NCBI GenBank assembly: GCA_043807745.1
Contig: JAZDFP010000016.1
Location: forward strand, 1 to 37,488
From: Planctomycetota bacterium
GTDB lineage: Bacteria > Planctomycetota > MHYJ01 > JACQXL01
Direction of reading: 5' to 3'
Length of the DNA stretch: 37,488 bases
In this document: positions 17,478-25,187 of the stretch, one piece after another
How positions within the stretch are numbered: the stretch's first letter is position 1
Layout of the letters: the number at the start of each line of letters is the position of its first letter
Translations under genes and position numbers: made by a program
The notes under the pieces: generated by a model
Databases searched by the model: none
What the model saw: only the letters and a program-made list of their open reading frames with translations
Told to the model about the DNA's origin: nothing

Positions 17478-19547
17478 TTATTCTACTACTGGAATTAACG
17501 TGCAACGACAGTTGCACAAATTTTTCGCTGAACCTTTCGGGTCACCGGGATATGCCATTATTTCCCCGCCCACGGAGAAGTCATCTTCAATATTTACCAC
17601 CTGCCCGTTTACTGCGGCGTGTTCCGGCCTGGTCCGCTCATCAATCGCGGTTAACCATTCCTTTTTCTCAGCCCCCATGGTCTTATATCCTATCAGACTT
17701 GCGTTATTGGATGCAGATATTACTTCCGTCCTGGCAATCGTCCGCGCCCGGTAAGGTTCGGCTCTGGTCATTCCGTCAAATACATCCTGCACCCTTGCCT
17801 TCATTTCCTCGATACTCTCGCCGTCATTGTATCCCTCGCCGAGTGTATCCCCGAGTTCCCTTAGCGTAGTCTTATTTATCTCATCTGCGAATTTGAATAT
17901 CTTGGTATTAAGATAATCGACTACTCTTGGGTCGGAAATGTCAAAATCAATAGACCCACCCAGCCTCTTGATTGCGACATTGCCGAACTCCTTCATGGTT
18001 TCACTCAATACTCCGGACATCTGTCTCTGTAATTCCTTATTGGCAAGTGTAATATTAAACATCAGGTTATCTACCTTGGCGTCTTTTCTAATCTTGTCCT
18101 TACCGACCCTTGTTGGTCTGTAATTCTTATCAATCGCATCCATTACCTCAGCCATCTGTTTCTTGGCAAATTTTCTTACGACTACTATCATCTCGTCCTC
18201 ATATGGTTTAGTCCGGTCTACGTAGTCGCGCCATATCCGCTCTTTCTTCTCTTTCTTGGTCAACCTTGACTTGGTGACGGCCGGTTCAGGCTTAACTTCG
18301 TCTGCCGGGTAAAGATTAAAAGGACGATTCCATGTATATCCCCACGGGACCGCCGGCAATCCCCGGCGCGCCCTGACCTCGTTTATCGTTTCTATGCCGT
18401 TGGTCACAAGGGCAACGTCCATCGTCGTTCTCTTTTCCTCATTCTCCGCCATCGCTTTGATGAATTTATAATCAGGTTCAAAATAAAGATTTTCATCTAT
18501 CGGATAGCATAATTGAACCGTCAAGGTTGCCGCCATCTTTTCGGAAAGCGCCATTATAAGTTCATTGACGAATGTCTTTTTCTGTTCCTCCATATTGGAG
18601 TAATTGGTATATTCCAATATTCCTAAAATTCCCGGGGGGGTGCCAATTACTCCGAGTATTTCACTGCATCCCTGCTTCCTGCCCTCAATGAATTCGCTGT
18701 CTTTTTGGCTCTGTGTCGTCGGGGTATATTCTAATCCGTTATCCAAAAATAATTGCTTATGGAAATTGTCGGGTCCGGAATATTCAGTCTCTATCTGCCG
18801 TTTTATCCTTTCGAATGAATCGTCACTCAAGGATTTTTCGGTTGTGAATACTCCCGATACCTTCCCGCCTTTTTTGAAGAAGTTCTTGTTATATGCGATT
18901 GCGTAGTAATCCGTTATCAGGGTATTAACTAAAGGCGATAATGGAGATAACCCTTCGGAATCGGATAATGGATTCCAGAACTTGAAGTGTATCATTTCGA
19001 ACGGCTGGTATTCTATCGGCTTCTTCCCGTATTCGTATCTGATTACAGGCGTCGTTTTTCCAGGCACTACTACCGTCTTTCCAGATTGCAAAATAAATAA
19101 TTCTTTTGGTATATCAGAAGGTGCGGGTTTCCTTTTGTTGTATTCTTTTGCCGTGAAACAGTTGCCGGCGAGTGATAAATTTATTGAGATTCCTTCTTTC
19201 AAATCATAACCAGAATAAAACGGATTCGGTTTTTCAAGTAAATTAATAAGCAGATGGTCTTTTACCTCAATTCCCTTATCGCCCTTCCACTGCATGAGTT
19301 TAAAAGGGCACTTGGCGATGTTCCTGGCGATTGCCGCTATTGATGAATGAACCCATGGATGCAGGGAATAATTCTCCAAGTATTTCTGCCAGATTGAATT
19401 TGATTGTGATTTGCCGAATTGTTTGTTGTCATAATCATTTTCCAGAGCCCGGTTCTCTTTTGATATGGTTATGTCCCCGCCGGCACTGATAGATCTGAAC
19501 CGAGGATTATCTGGGATGGATTCAGATTTTGATATTTTCCTCTTCAT
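17478..19547 (-). CDS. Portal protein fused to a Mu F / SPP1 gp7-like minor head protein domain
   Basis: ~689 aa. The N-terminal two thirds are portal-like (position and size). The C-terminus RTIARTEVISASNNASLIGYK...WLTAIDERTRPEHAAVNGQVV...YPGDPKGSAKNLCNCRCTLIPV is a clear Phage_Mu_F motif. The ORF-track start at 19559 is a TTG. I prefer the first ATG at 19547 (MKRKISKSE). Confidence 0.85.
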   Translation of the reverse strand: MKRKISKSESIPDNPRFRSISAGGDITISKENRALENDYDNKQFGKSQSNSIWQKYLENYSLHPWVHSSIAAIARNIAKCPFKLMQWKGDKGIEVKDHLLINLLEKPNPFYSGYDLKEGISINLSLAGNCFTAKEYNKRKPAPSDIPKELFILQSGKTVVVPGKTTPVIRYEYGKKPIEYQPFEMIHFKFWNPLSDSEGLSPLSPLVNTLITDYYAIAYNKNFFKKGGKVSGVFTTEKSLSDDSFERIKRQIETEYSGPDNFHKQLFLDNGLEYTPTTQSQKDSEFIEGRKQGCSEILGVIGTPPGILGILEYTNYSNMEEQKKTFVNELIMALSEKMAATLTVQLCYPIDENLYFEPDYKFIKAMAENEEKRTTMDVALVTNGIETINEVRARRGLPAVPWGYTWNRPFNLYPADEVKPEPAVTKSRLTKKEKKERIWRDYVDRTKPYEDEMIVVVRKFAKKQMAEVMDAIDKNYRPTRVGKDKIRKDAKVDNLMFNITLANKELQRQMSGVLSETMKEFGNVAIKRLGGSIDFDISDPRVVDYLNTKIFKFADEINKTTLRELGDTLGEGYNDGESIEEMKARVQDVFDGMTRAEPYRARTIARTEVISASNNASLIGYKTMGAEKKEWLTAIDERTRPEHAAVNGQVVNIEDDFSVGGEIMAYPGDPKGSAKNLCNCRCTLIPVVE

Positions 19548-19560
19548 AGCATAAAGCAAA

Positions 19561-19584
19561 GAGACTCCGTGTTATCGGAGTCTC
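19561..19584 (-). promoter_or_regulatory. Perfect 9-bp hairpin 13 nt upstream of the portal ATG
   Basis: GAGACTCCG-ataaca-CGGAGTCTC, followed on the minus strand by TTTGCTTTATGCT ATG. It could act as an attenuator or as a translational control element. Confidence 0.35.
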
Positions 19585-19670
19585 AGTGCGCAATTAGATT
19601 CGCCGCTATACACGTGTAAATTGGCTAATGGGTCAGCCTCAAACCTTAGCGACGTCTCTAATTTTGTCAT

Positions 19671-19709
19671 AAATAAAAAAGCCGTTCAAACGTTATGTCT
19701 GAACGGCTT
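19671..19709 (-). terminator. Rho-independent terminator (repeat copy B) at the end of the accessory island
   Basis: Same 10-bp stem and TTTTTTATTT tail as copy A. Confidence 0.7.
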
Positions 19710-19725
19710 AAGATTATTTCTATTA
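19671..19725. repeat. 55-bp exact direct repeat, copy B (partner at 17392..17446)
   Basis: Identical to copy A. Identity breaks at 19726 (a, versus g at 17447). Confidence 0.95.
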
Positions 19726-19764
19726 ACCGAAAAATCTAATTATAACCTCTGCCTTTATTTCATA
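19672..19764 (-). ncRNA. Candidate ~90-nt promoter-to-terminator transcript (small RNA or leader)
   Basis: It is bounded by the sigma70-like promoter at 19770..19798 and terminator copy B. It contains only a 2-codon mini-ORF (AAGGAAATT ATG AAA TAA). Confidence 0.3.
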
Positions 19765-19769
19765 ATTTC

Positions 19770-19798
19770 CTTATAGCACAAATGAATTCGGTTGTCAA
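19770..19798 (-). promoter_or_regulatory. Sigma70-like promoter: -35 TTGACA, 17-nt spacer, extended -10 TGC-TATAAG
   Basis: Minus strand TTGACA (19798..19793), then ACCGAATTCATTTGTGC, then TATAAG (19775..19770). The TG lies at 19778..19777. Confidence 0.5.
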
Positions 19799-19801
19799 GC
19801 A

Positions 19802-20308
19802 TTATTCTCGTTTTCGAGAAGATTTTTTATTAGGGAATTTAGTTGCTTTGGCAGATACTCCGACTGCCGTTTCTTCTTTTCCTATCATAGCACCTCGACA
19901 TCCGATTTGCATCGGTGGAATTTTATATTCATGTGCCGTAACAATTGTAAATACATGACGATACGAATTTTCGTCTATTAAATTATATTTATATGAAAAT
20001 TCATACCCTTCGTATCCATATGAACTTTTACTATATTGTATATCAAAGCAAGGAATATTCTTATTGCCACCTAATATGGAACATAATCGTGATACAGCCC
20101 TAACGAATTCCCCTTTAGTCTTTATTTTGCTAACCCTCTTACCATTCCATGTTAATTTTCCTTTAATCTGAACCCAATATTTATATTCACCATCTTGAAG
20201 TATTCCTATTGATTCGTCAAATTGATAATCAACTAAATGATGAATGGTTATATGCTTAGTCAAAAACGGATAAGTCCCATTCAGGATATTTTTAGTAAAA
20301 TCTTTCAT
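19802..20308 (-). CDS. Hypothetical protein (168 aa), last gene of the island
   Basis: ORF with a strong SD (GGAAAGGAGAAAAT ATG) and an ATGA overlap with the upstream small ORF. It has a basic C-terminal tail. No family recognised. Confidence 0.6.
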   Translation of the reverse strand: MKDFTKNILNGTYPFLTKHITIHHLVDYQFDESIGILQDGEYKYWVQIKGKLTWNGKRVSKIKTKGEFVRAVSRLCSILGGNKNIPCFDIQYSKSSYGYEGYEFSYKYNLIDENSYRHVFTIVTAHEYKIPPMQIGCRGAMIGKEETAVGVSAKATKFPNKKSSRKRE

Positions 20309-20478
20309 ATTTTCTCCTTTCCAAATTTATCTACCCAAAATCCCACTATATCATTTGGATAAGCCTCATTAAACTCTATGTCATTTGCCGCACTATTCAA
20401 CGCTTCGTCTAAAGTTTCATGAGATTCAGTTTCCCCAGCATGGAATCTTGTTTTGTAATAAATATATTCATTCGCCAT
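20305..20478 (-). CDS. Small acidic hypothetical protein (57 aa), absent from the ORF track
   Basis: I translated MANEYIYYKTRFHAGETESHETLDEALNSAANDIEFNEAYPNDIVGFWVDKFGKEKI. AGGAGG lies 5 nt upstream of the ATG, and the stop overlaps the next start (ATGA). Confidence 0.55.
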   Translation of the reverse strand: MANEYIYYKTRFHAGETESHETLDEALNSAANDIEFNEAYPNDIVGFWVDKFGKEKI

Positions 20479-20487
20479 ACCGTCCTC

Positions 20488-20679
20488 CTACTTAATATTT
20501 TCTGGCAACACCCTGACTTTTTCTGGTAATGGTTCGTTAATATCCTCCTTTTTATATAAATAGCAAGCGCCAGCATATCCTCTTCCGGTTGCTTGCTGAC
20601 ACTTTAATATCAGGCATCTATCCCTATGGTAACAGTCTCTGCATATTCCCATGTATATGTTTTTATTAATCTGTTTCAT
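20488..20679 (-). CDS. Small Cys-rich hypothetical protein (63 aa)
   Basis: ORF with CRDCYHRDRC...C...C. It has no SD, and a possible promoter lies immediately upstream. Confidence 0.45.
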   Translation of the reverse strand: MKQINKNIYMGICRDCYHRDRCLILKCQQATGRGYAGACYLYKKEDINEPLPEKVRVLPENIK

Positions 20680-20686
20680 AATTATT

Positions 20687-20714
20687 AATATATCCTATAT
20701 ATCTTCAATGTCAA
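20687..20714 (-). promoter_or_regulatory. Candidate internal promoter giving a near-leaderless start for 20488..20679
   Basis: Minus strand TTGACA (20714..20709), a 16-nt spacer, then TATATT (20692..20687). The ATG at 20679 lies ~7 nt downstream. Confidence 0.25.
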
Positions 20715-20955
20715 ATGTTTTAACTCTAAAATATTCCGGCTCGTTCTTTTGCTTATCGGTGCATTTTAGACATATTCTGTTTCCAATCCATGCACTCATG
20801 AATTTCTTTCCATAATCACCCAAGCACGGTCTCATCTTAGGTTTCTCTATTTTACGGTCATTCTCGTTATCTGGCTCGTTATATTTAAGTCTTAGTTGTC
20901 CCTTAGAAAATATTATTGAATTAATTATGCAGCCACGACGGACTTCGCTTACCAT
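20695..20955 (-). CDS. Hypothetical protein (86 aa)
   Basis: ORF in the operon. It has scattered Cys residues (C..C...CLKC). No family recognised. Confidence 0.5.
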   Translation of the reverse strand: MVSEVRRGCIINSIIFSKGQLRLKYNEPDNENDRKIEKPKMRPCLGDYGKKFMSAWIGNRICLKCTDKQKNEPEYFRVKTFDIEDI

Positions 20956-20959
20956 ATTC

Positions 20960-21166
20960 TTAGTCGTTCTTTTTATCTATCTTTACCGTCCGCTCCAAAT
21001 CTACCTGATATATCTCTCCGCCTCTGAAATTTAATATTACCTTGCCGTAAAATCCTTTTTCCACGTATTCGATGATTTGTTTCATTGCCTTTTTGGCAAG
21101 TTCCATATTATTCTCCAACCTTGAATTTGCGGTTTCTGCCTTCATTCCTTTTTCGCTTCCTTCCAT
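20960..21166 (-). CDS. Small protein, possibly YezD/DUF2292-like
   Basis: 68 aa with a strong SD (AAGAAGGAGGGTGT ATG). The C-terminal GKVILNFRGGEIYQVDLERTVKI resembles the DUF2292 pattern (G.v...v.dG.i..ie..e). Confidence 0.45.
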   Translation of the reverse strand: MEGSEKGMKAETANSRLENNMELAKKAMKQIIEYVEKGFYGKVILNFRGGEIYQVDLERTVKIDKKND

Positions 21167-21178
21167 ACACCCTCCTTC

Positions 21179-22300
21179 TTATTTATTAATTAAAGAATCA
21201 AATAATCTTATATGTTCCTTTACCATCCGCTCCTGAGAAAACAATATCTTTCCTGAGTTGGCGATTTTCCTATTATCCAGAATATTCACTTCTTTTAATA
21301 ATGCGATTATGGTCCCGGCAAGAACCTCGGCATTGCCTCTTGGGAATCCATAAATGGCAGCCTCATTAATTATCTCTTCCATGTTCTCGCCCTCACTCAC
21401 GATACACGGCAGTCCGCAGCAGGTCGCCTCCATTATCGTCGTATCCATTCCTGTATAATATAGTGTCGGATTGACGAATATCTTAGCCTGATTGTAAACG
21501 CCTGGCATTTCATCATTCGGCAATGCGCCTTTGTATTCTATGTTAATAAAATCATGCTTTTCGGTATTGCTTCCAAATGCGACGCATCTGATATTCCTAT
21601 TCCATTCTTTTACCATTCCCATTGCATGGTTAAGCACTCCGATTCCTTTTAACTTGGTAAGGTTGCCGGTAAAAAGAACATCATATATCTTTTCCTGTTC
21701 AGGCATGTAGTCAAACCTGTCAATATCGATTCCATTCCTTATCATCTCCACCCTCTTCGACTGTAACACATATTTAATATTCCTTACATTCACTTCGGTT
21801 AATCCGATGAGGCAGTCGTATTTCTGCGCATTCATCCTGTCTTCCCGCGCTTGCATTATGCGCCCGTGCACCCATATTGCAAACTTGTTGACATCAAAAC
21901 GGACATCATCCGGATTCGTTATCGCCGGTATAAGCGACGTGAATATTTCCTCATAAGAGAAGCCGTGCAGTCTCTGGATTGACGGTATTGCCGGATAACT
22001 ATCTACTACATAACTTCCGGCTCCTGATTCTGAATAAATCAAATCCTGTTTTAACTCCCCCACTCTTTTGGTCGCCAACTTAAACCATTCCGGCGTATAC
22101 CGCAATGTCGGACAGGGTAGGTATTCTATCCTAACATTATTAACCACCTCTTCCTTGATTGACTTGTTAGGATTGCTCATGGTCAGCACGGTTATCTCAT
22201 GCCCTGCCTTGGCAAGCCCTTCGCATAGGCTACCGCATACATTGGGCATCCCTCCTGGGCTGGTCGTCGGATATCCGCGTGTTAAGACTGTGATTTTCAT
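21179..22300 (-). CDS. GT-B fold glycosyltransferase, GT4 family (Glycos_transf_1)
   Basis: The N-terminus is MKITVLTRGYPTTSPGGMPNVCGSLCEGLAKAGHEITVLT. The C-terminus is FVNPTLYYTGMDTTIMEATCCGLPCIVSEGENMEEII, which fits the E..g....EA...G.P.i.s motif. Confidence 0.8.
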   Translation of the reverse strand: MKITVLTRGYPTTSPGGMPNVCGSLCEGLAKAGHEITVLTMSNPNKSIKEEVVNNVRIEYLPCPTLRYTPEWFKLATKRVGELKQDLIYSESGAGSYVVDSYPAIPSIQRLHGFSYEEIFTSLIPAITNPDDVRFDVNKFAIWVHGRIMQAREDRMNAQKYDCLIGLTEVNVRNIKYVLQSKRVEMIRNGIDIDRFDYMPEQEKIYDVLFTGNLTKLKGIGVLNHAMGMVKEWNRNIRCVAFGSNTEKHDFINIEYKGALPNDEMPGVYNQAKIFVNPTLYYTGMDTTIMEATCCGLPCIVSEGENMEEIINEAAIYGFPRGNAEVLAGTIIALLKEVNILDNRKIANSGKILFSQERMVKEHIRLFDSLINK

Positions 22301-22301
22301 A

Positions 22302-22571
22302 TTAATCTGCGCTTTCTTTTATCCTTTTTCCGCCACTTGGGCTTAGAGTTGCTGGCACTTTCCCTTCTTTTATATATCTTAATAGAGGTCGTTGTGGTTT
22401 TGGATTTCCTTCTGGTCTTGGAGTTTGTGGTCGTCTGTTCACTCCGCCTTTTTTAACTGGCCCCTCCCTTAAACCATGAAAATCGTTTTGCTCAAGTTTA
22501 TTATCTAAATTATATCCAAAAGTATTTGGATTATTCCTCATTAGTAACCAATCTAAAAATCTTCTTATCAT
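22302..22571 (-). CDS. Basic, Pro-rich hypothetical protein (89 aa)
   Basis: ORF coupled by an ATGA overlap to the upstream gene. It contains KKGGVNRRPQTPRPEGNPKPQRP. No family recognised. Confidence 0.5.
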   Translation of the reverse strand: MIRRFLDWLLMRNNPNTFGYNLDNKLEQNDFHGLREGPVKKGGVNRRPQTPRPEGNPKPQRPLLRYIKEGKVPATLSPSGGKRIKESAD

Positions 22572-23128
22572 TTGGCCTCACTTTCTATCTTGATTGATTT
22601 TATAATAAATGGTCTTCTAACACTCGATAGGAAAAACCCTGCCGCTTTTAAAGCTGATATTATTCGAGTCTTCGGGTAATAGGTTTCGGTCGAATACATA
22701 ACCCCCTTAGCAATATCTGCGCCACTCCCAACTGCATTAAATGGCAACCTCACCTCTTCAACTTGGTAATCCGATTCAATTACAAACAGCCTACCCTTAA
22801 ACCCAATAAGAAAGGAACCGCCACATTCCGTCTCTTTATCCTTACTGGCAAAGCCACCATCTTTCAAACACGTCCTAACAGCATCAACGAAATCAGTAAC
22901 CATATATTCAAATACTGTTTTGCCATTACTGTATTCTGGAATTTTAAGTTTATATCTTAACAGTTGACCCATCCTATAGGATGAAGTAAAACCAATAATA
23001 AACTTATCCTTAATAAAAACCTTTTCATCTGCCCGAATCGCAACCGCATCATCCGCTTTTCCGATGCTATCCGCACCAATATAAATCTTATTCGATTTTT
23101 TATCTATAAGCCCTATTACACAAGTCAT
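22568..23128 (-). CDS. Proteasome beta / HslV-like Ntn hydrolase (peptidase T1-like)
   Basis: With the start at 23128 (SD AAAGAGG 7-8 nt upstream) the protein begins M-TCVIGLIDKKSNKIYIGADSIG, so Thr would be exposed after Met removal. Later motifs are FIIGFTSSYRMGQ and FNAVGSGADIAKGVMY (compare HslV aiGSGg.yA). The ORF-track start at 23149 overlaps the wecE-like gene and has no SD. Confidence 0.6.
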   Translation of the reverse strand: MTCVIGLIDKKSNKIYIGADSIGKADDAVAIRADEKVFIKDKFIIGFTSSYRMGQLLRYKLKIPEYSNGKTVFEYMVTDFVDAVRTCLKDGGFASKDKETECGGSFLIGFKGRLFVIESDYQVEEVRLPFNAVGSGADIAKGVMYSTETYYPKTRIISALKAAGFFLSSVRRPFIIKSIKIESEAK

Positions 23129-23132
23129 ACTA

Positions 23133-24269
23133 TTACCTCTTTCTTGCATAGAACTCTGCTATGCTATCTGTAATAAAATCTATATCCTCTTTCTTCATGC
23201 CGTAGTAAAGAGGAAGTCTTACTAATCTACTGCTCAAGTCTGTCGTGTATTTATCCTGTCCGTTGAATACCCCGAACTGCTTCCCCGCCGATGAACTATG
23301 CAGCGGCACGTAGTGGAATATCGCCAGGATATCTCTTGCCCTAAGATATTTTATCAGTTCGTTTCTCTCTGCCTCACTCCTGCATATCCCGTAAAATATA
23401 TGCGCATTGTGCCTGGCGTAATCCGGTATCTTATTTACTTTGAATCCATCGATGCTGGATAGTTTCTCATAGTAATAATTCCATGATTTCTTCCGGTCAT
23501 TGATTATCGTCTGTGCTTCCTCCAGTTGGGCCAGCAGGAATGCCGAACTTATTTCGTTAAGCAGGTATGACGACCCTTTGTCCATCCACGTGTATTTATC
23601 TACGTATCCTTTCAGGAAATTAGACCGGTTCGTTCCTTTTTCCCGGATGATCTCCGCTCGCTCGTAAAACTCCGGGTTATTAATCAGTATCGCTCCGCCT
23701 TCACCGCAGTGAATATTCTTAGTCTCATGGAAACTTAGACAGCCGATATCGCCGATAGTGCCCAAATACCTATCATTATACCGCGCAATGATGCATTGAG
23801 CCGCGTCTTCTATGACATAGATGTCTCTTTCCCTTGCTATCTGCATTATCTTGTCCATATCGCACGCCACGCCTGCGTAATGCACCACTATAATCGCTCT
23901 GGCCCTGTCATTTATTGCATCCCGGATTACATTCGGGTCTATATTCATCGTATCCGAGGCGATATCAACAAACCGTATCCGGGCGCCGTGTAATACGAAT
24001 GCATTGGCGGTCGACGGGAATGTAAAAGAAGGCATTATCACTTCGTCGCCTTCTTTTATGTTTATAAGTAATGCTGCCATCTCAAGCGCGTGCGTGCATG
24101 ACGGAGTGACCAGCACTTTATTGCATTCCATATTTTTCTCTATCCACGTCTGGCACTTCTTGCCGAACTCTCCGTCACCAGAGAACTTTTTCTTGAGTAT
24201 TACCTGAGTAATATATTCAAGTTCTTTTACTTTAAGCGTTATTGCCGGGACGTTGTATGGATATTTCAT
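23133..24269 (-). CDS. wecE: DegT/DnrJ/EryC1-family PLP aminotransferase, WecE-like (dTDP-4-amino-4,6-dideoxyhexose transaminase)
   Basis: It appears near-collinear with E. coli WecE as I recall that sequence. Shared stretches are VLVTPSCTHALEMAALLINIKEGDEVIMPSFTFPSTANAFVLHGARIRFVDI..DTMNID, VHYAGVACDMD, FHETKN, GEGGA.LIN, IIREKGTNRS.F, VDKYTW.D.GSSYL, FHY.PLH and RLPL. Confidence 0.8.
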   Translation of the reverse strand: MKYPYNVPAITLKVKELEYITQVILKKKFSGDGEFGKKCQTWIEKNMECNKVLVTPSCTHALEMAALLINIKEGDEVIMPSFTFPSTANAFVLHGARIRFVDIASDTMNIDPNVIRDAINDRARAIIVVHYAGVACDMDKIMQIARERDIYVIEDAAQCIIARYNDRYLGTIGDIGCLSFHETKNIHCGEGGAILINNPEFYERAEIIREKGTNRSNFLKGYVDKYTWMDKGSSYLLNEISSAFLLAQLEEAQTIINDRKKSWNYYYEKLSSIDGFKVNKIPDYARHNAHIFYGICRSEAERNELIKYLRARDILAIFHYVPLHSSSAGKQFGVFNGQDKYTTDLSSRLVRLPLYYGMKKEDIDFITDSIAEFYARKR

Positions 24270-24616
24270 TTTACCTTTTCTTTCTCATCCGGTATTTCAT
24301 AAAATTCCTCGCTTTGCCCCCTTGTAATCCTTTTTGCTTTCTCTTCTGCGGTTATACAATCATCACATACCCATGAATCCTTAACCACAGTTAATCGCTT
24401 CATTTGTTTTTTGCTAAAATAATATTTACGGCATCTGCTGCATCCTTCGCATATAGAAAAATCAACTGGATTTTCTATCTTACATTGCGGGCACTTAAAA
24501 ATCTTAATCTTATATACCCAATTTATTTCATTGTTTTTTACCAGAATCCATTTCATACAATGGTCACACCATATTAATGATTCACCGTCTTTTGGTTTGA
24601 ATACAAATAATGTCAT
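24266..24616 (-). CDS. Cys-rich zinc-ribbon-like hypothetical protein (116 aa)
   Basis: It has several CxxC pairs (CDHC, CPQC, CEGCSRC, CDDC). ATGA overlaps couple it on both sides to the MTase and wecE-like genes. Confidence 0.55.
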   Translation of the reverse strand: MTLFVFKPKDGESLIWCDHCMKWILVKNNEINWVYKIKIFKCPQCKIENPVDFSICEGCSRCRKYYFSKKQMKRLTVVKDSWVCDDCITAEEKAKRITRGQSEEFYEIPDEKEKVK

Positions 24617-25179
24617 ATCTTCCTCCCTATAAACAAACTCCCCACCCTTGGTAACCAGACGTATTTACTACCCGGCATCATTTCCTGCACTGCCTTAACC
24701 ACTCCCGGGGTTCCACCATCGTAATCGTGGCACATCACAATTCCGTTTTTGATTAAGAATGGCAGCCATAAACCCAGGTCTTGCTTGACGCTTTCATACG
24801 TATGCTCGCCGTCTACAAATAACAGGCTGATTCGTGCCGTCCACCCTTTTGCGAATTCCTCGCTCGTGCTCTTTATTGGCTGCACGATATCGGCAACTTT
24901 AAACTTGGATATATTCTTATTGAATTCCTCAAAGGTATCGCTGACATTAAATTTATTATGTGTTGACGTATCCCGGTGCGGGTCGACTGCAAAGATTAGG
25001 TTTTCGTTATATTTTAGTTTGGTTTTTAAACCTAATGCCAGCGCTATGGTGGACTTCCCCATCCACGAGCCTATCTCTACTATGCATCCGGCTTCCGGTA
25101 TTTCCGATGCATACTTAAATAAGGCATCGCCTTCATTCTCATTTATCCAGCCTGGTATTTCTGTCCAATGTGGTTTCAT
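24613..25179 (-). CDS. Class I SAM-dependent methyltransferase (Methyltransf_24 / O-methyltransferase-like)
   Basis: Motifs GCIVEIGSWMGKSTIALALGL and LLFVDGEHTYESVKQDLGLWLPFLIKNGIVMCHDY. An SD (TAAGGAGCGAT ATG) precedes it. Confidence 0.7.
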   Translation of the reverse strand: MKPHWTEIPGWINENEGDALFKYASEIPEAGCIVEIGSWMGKSTIALALGLKTKLKYNENLIFAVDPHRDTSTHNKFNVSDTFEEFNKNISKFKVADIVQPIKSTSEEFAKGWTARISLLFVDGEHTYESVKQDLGLWLPFLIKNGIVMCHDYDGGTPGVVKAVQEMMPGSKYVWLPRVGSLFIGRKI

Positions 25180-25187
25180 ATCGCTCC

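Noticed and set aside
19548-19559. ORF-track upstream starts: 19559 TTG for portal, 23149, 27804, 28294, 32388 and 36066
   Set aside because: In each case a downstream ATG has a better SD. It also removes a long overlap with the preceding gene, or creates an ATGA or near-abutting junction. I used 19547, 23128, 27780, 28189, 32352 and 36048 instead, but these remain predictions.
19585-19670. A 33-codon ORF (MTKLETSLRFEADPLANLHVYSGESNCALRLR) between terminator copy B and the portal leader hairpin
   Set aside because: It starts directly in the terminator U-tract, has no SD, and has no coupling to its neighbours. It is probably non-coding leader sequence.
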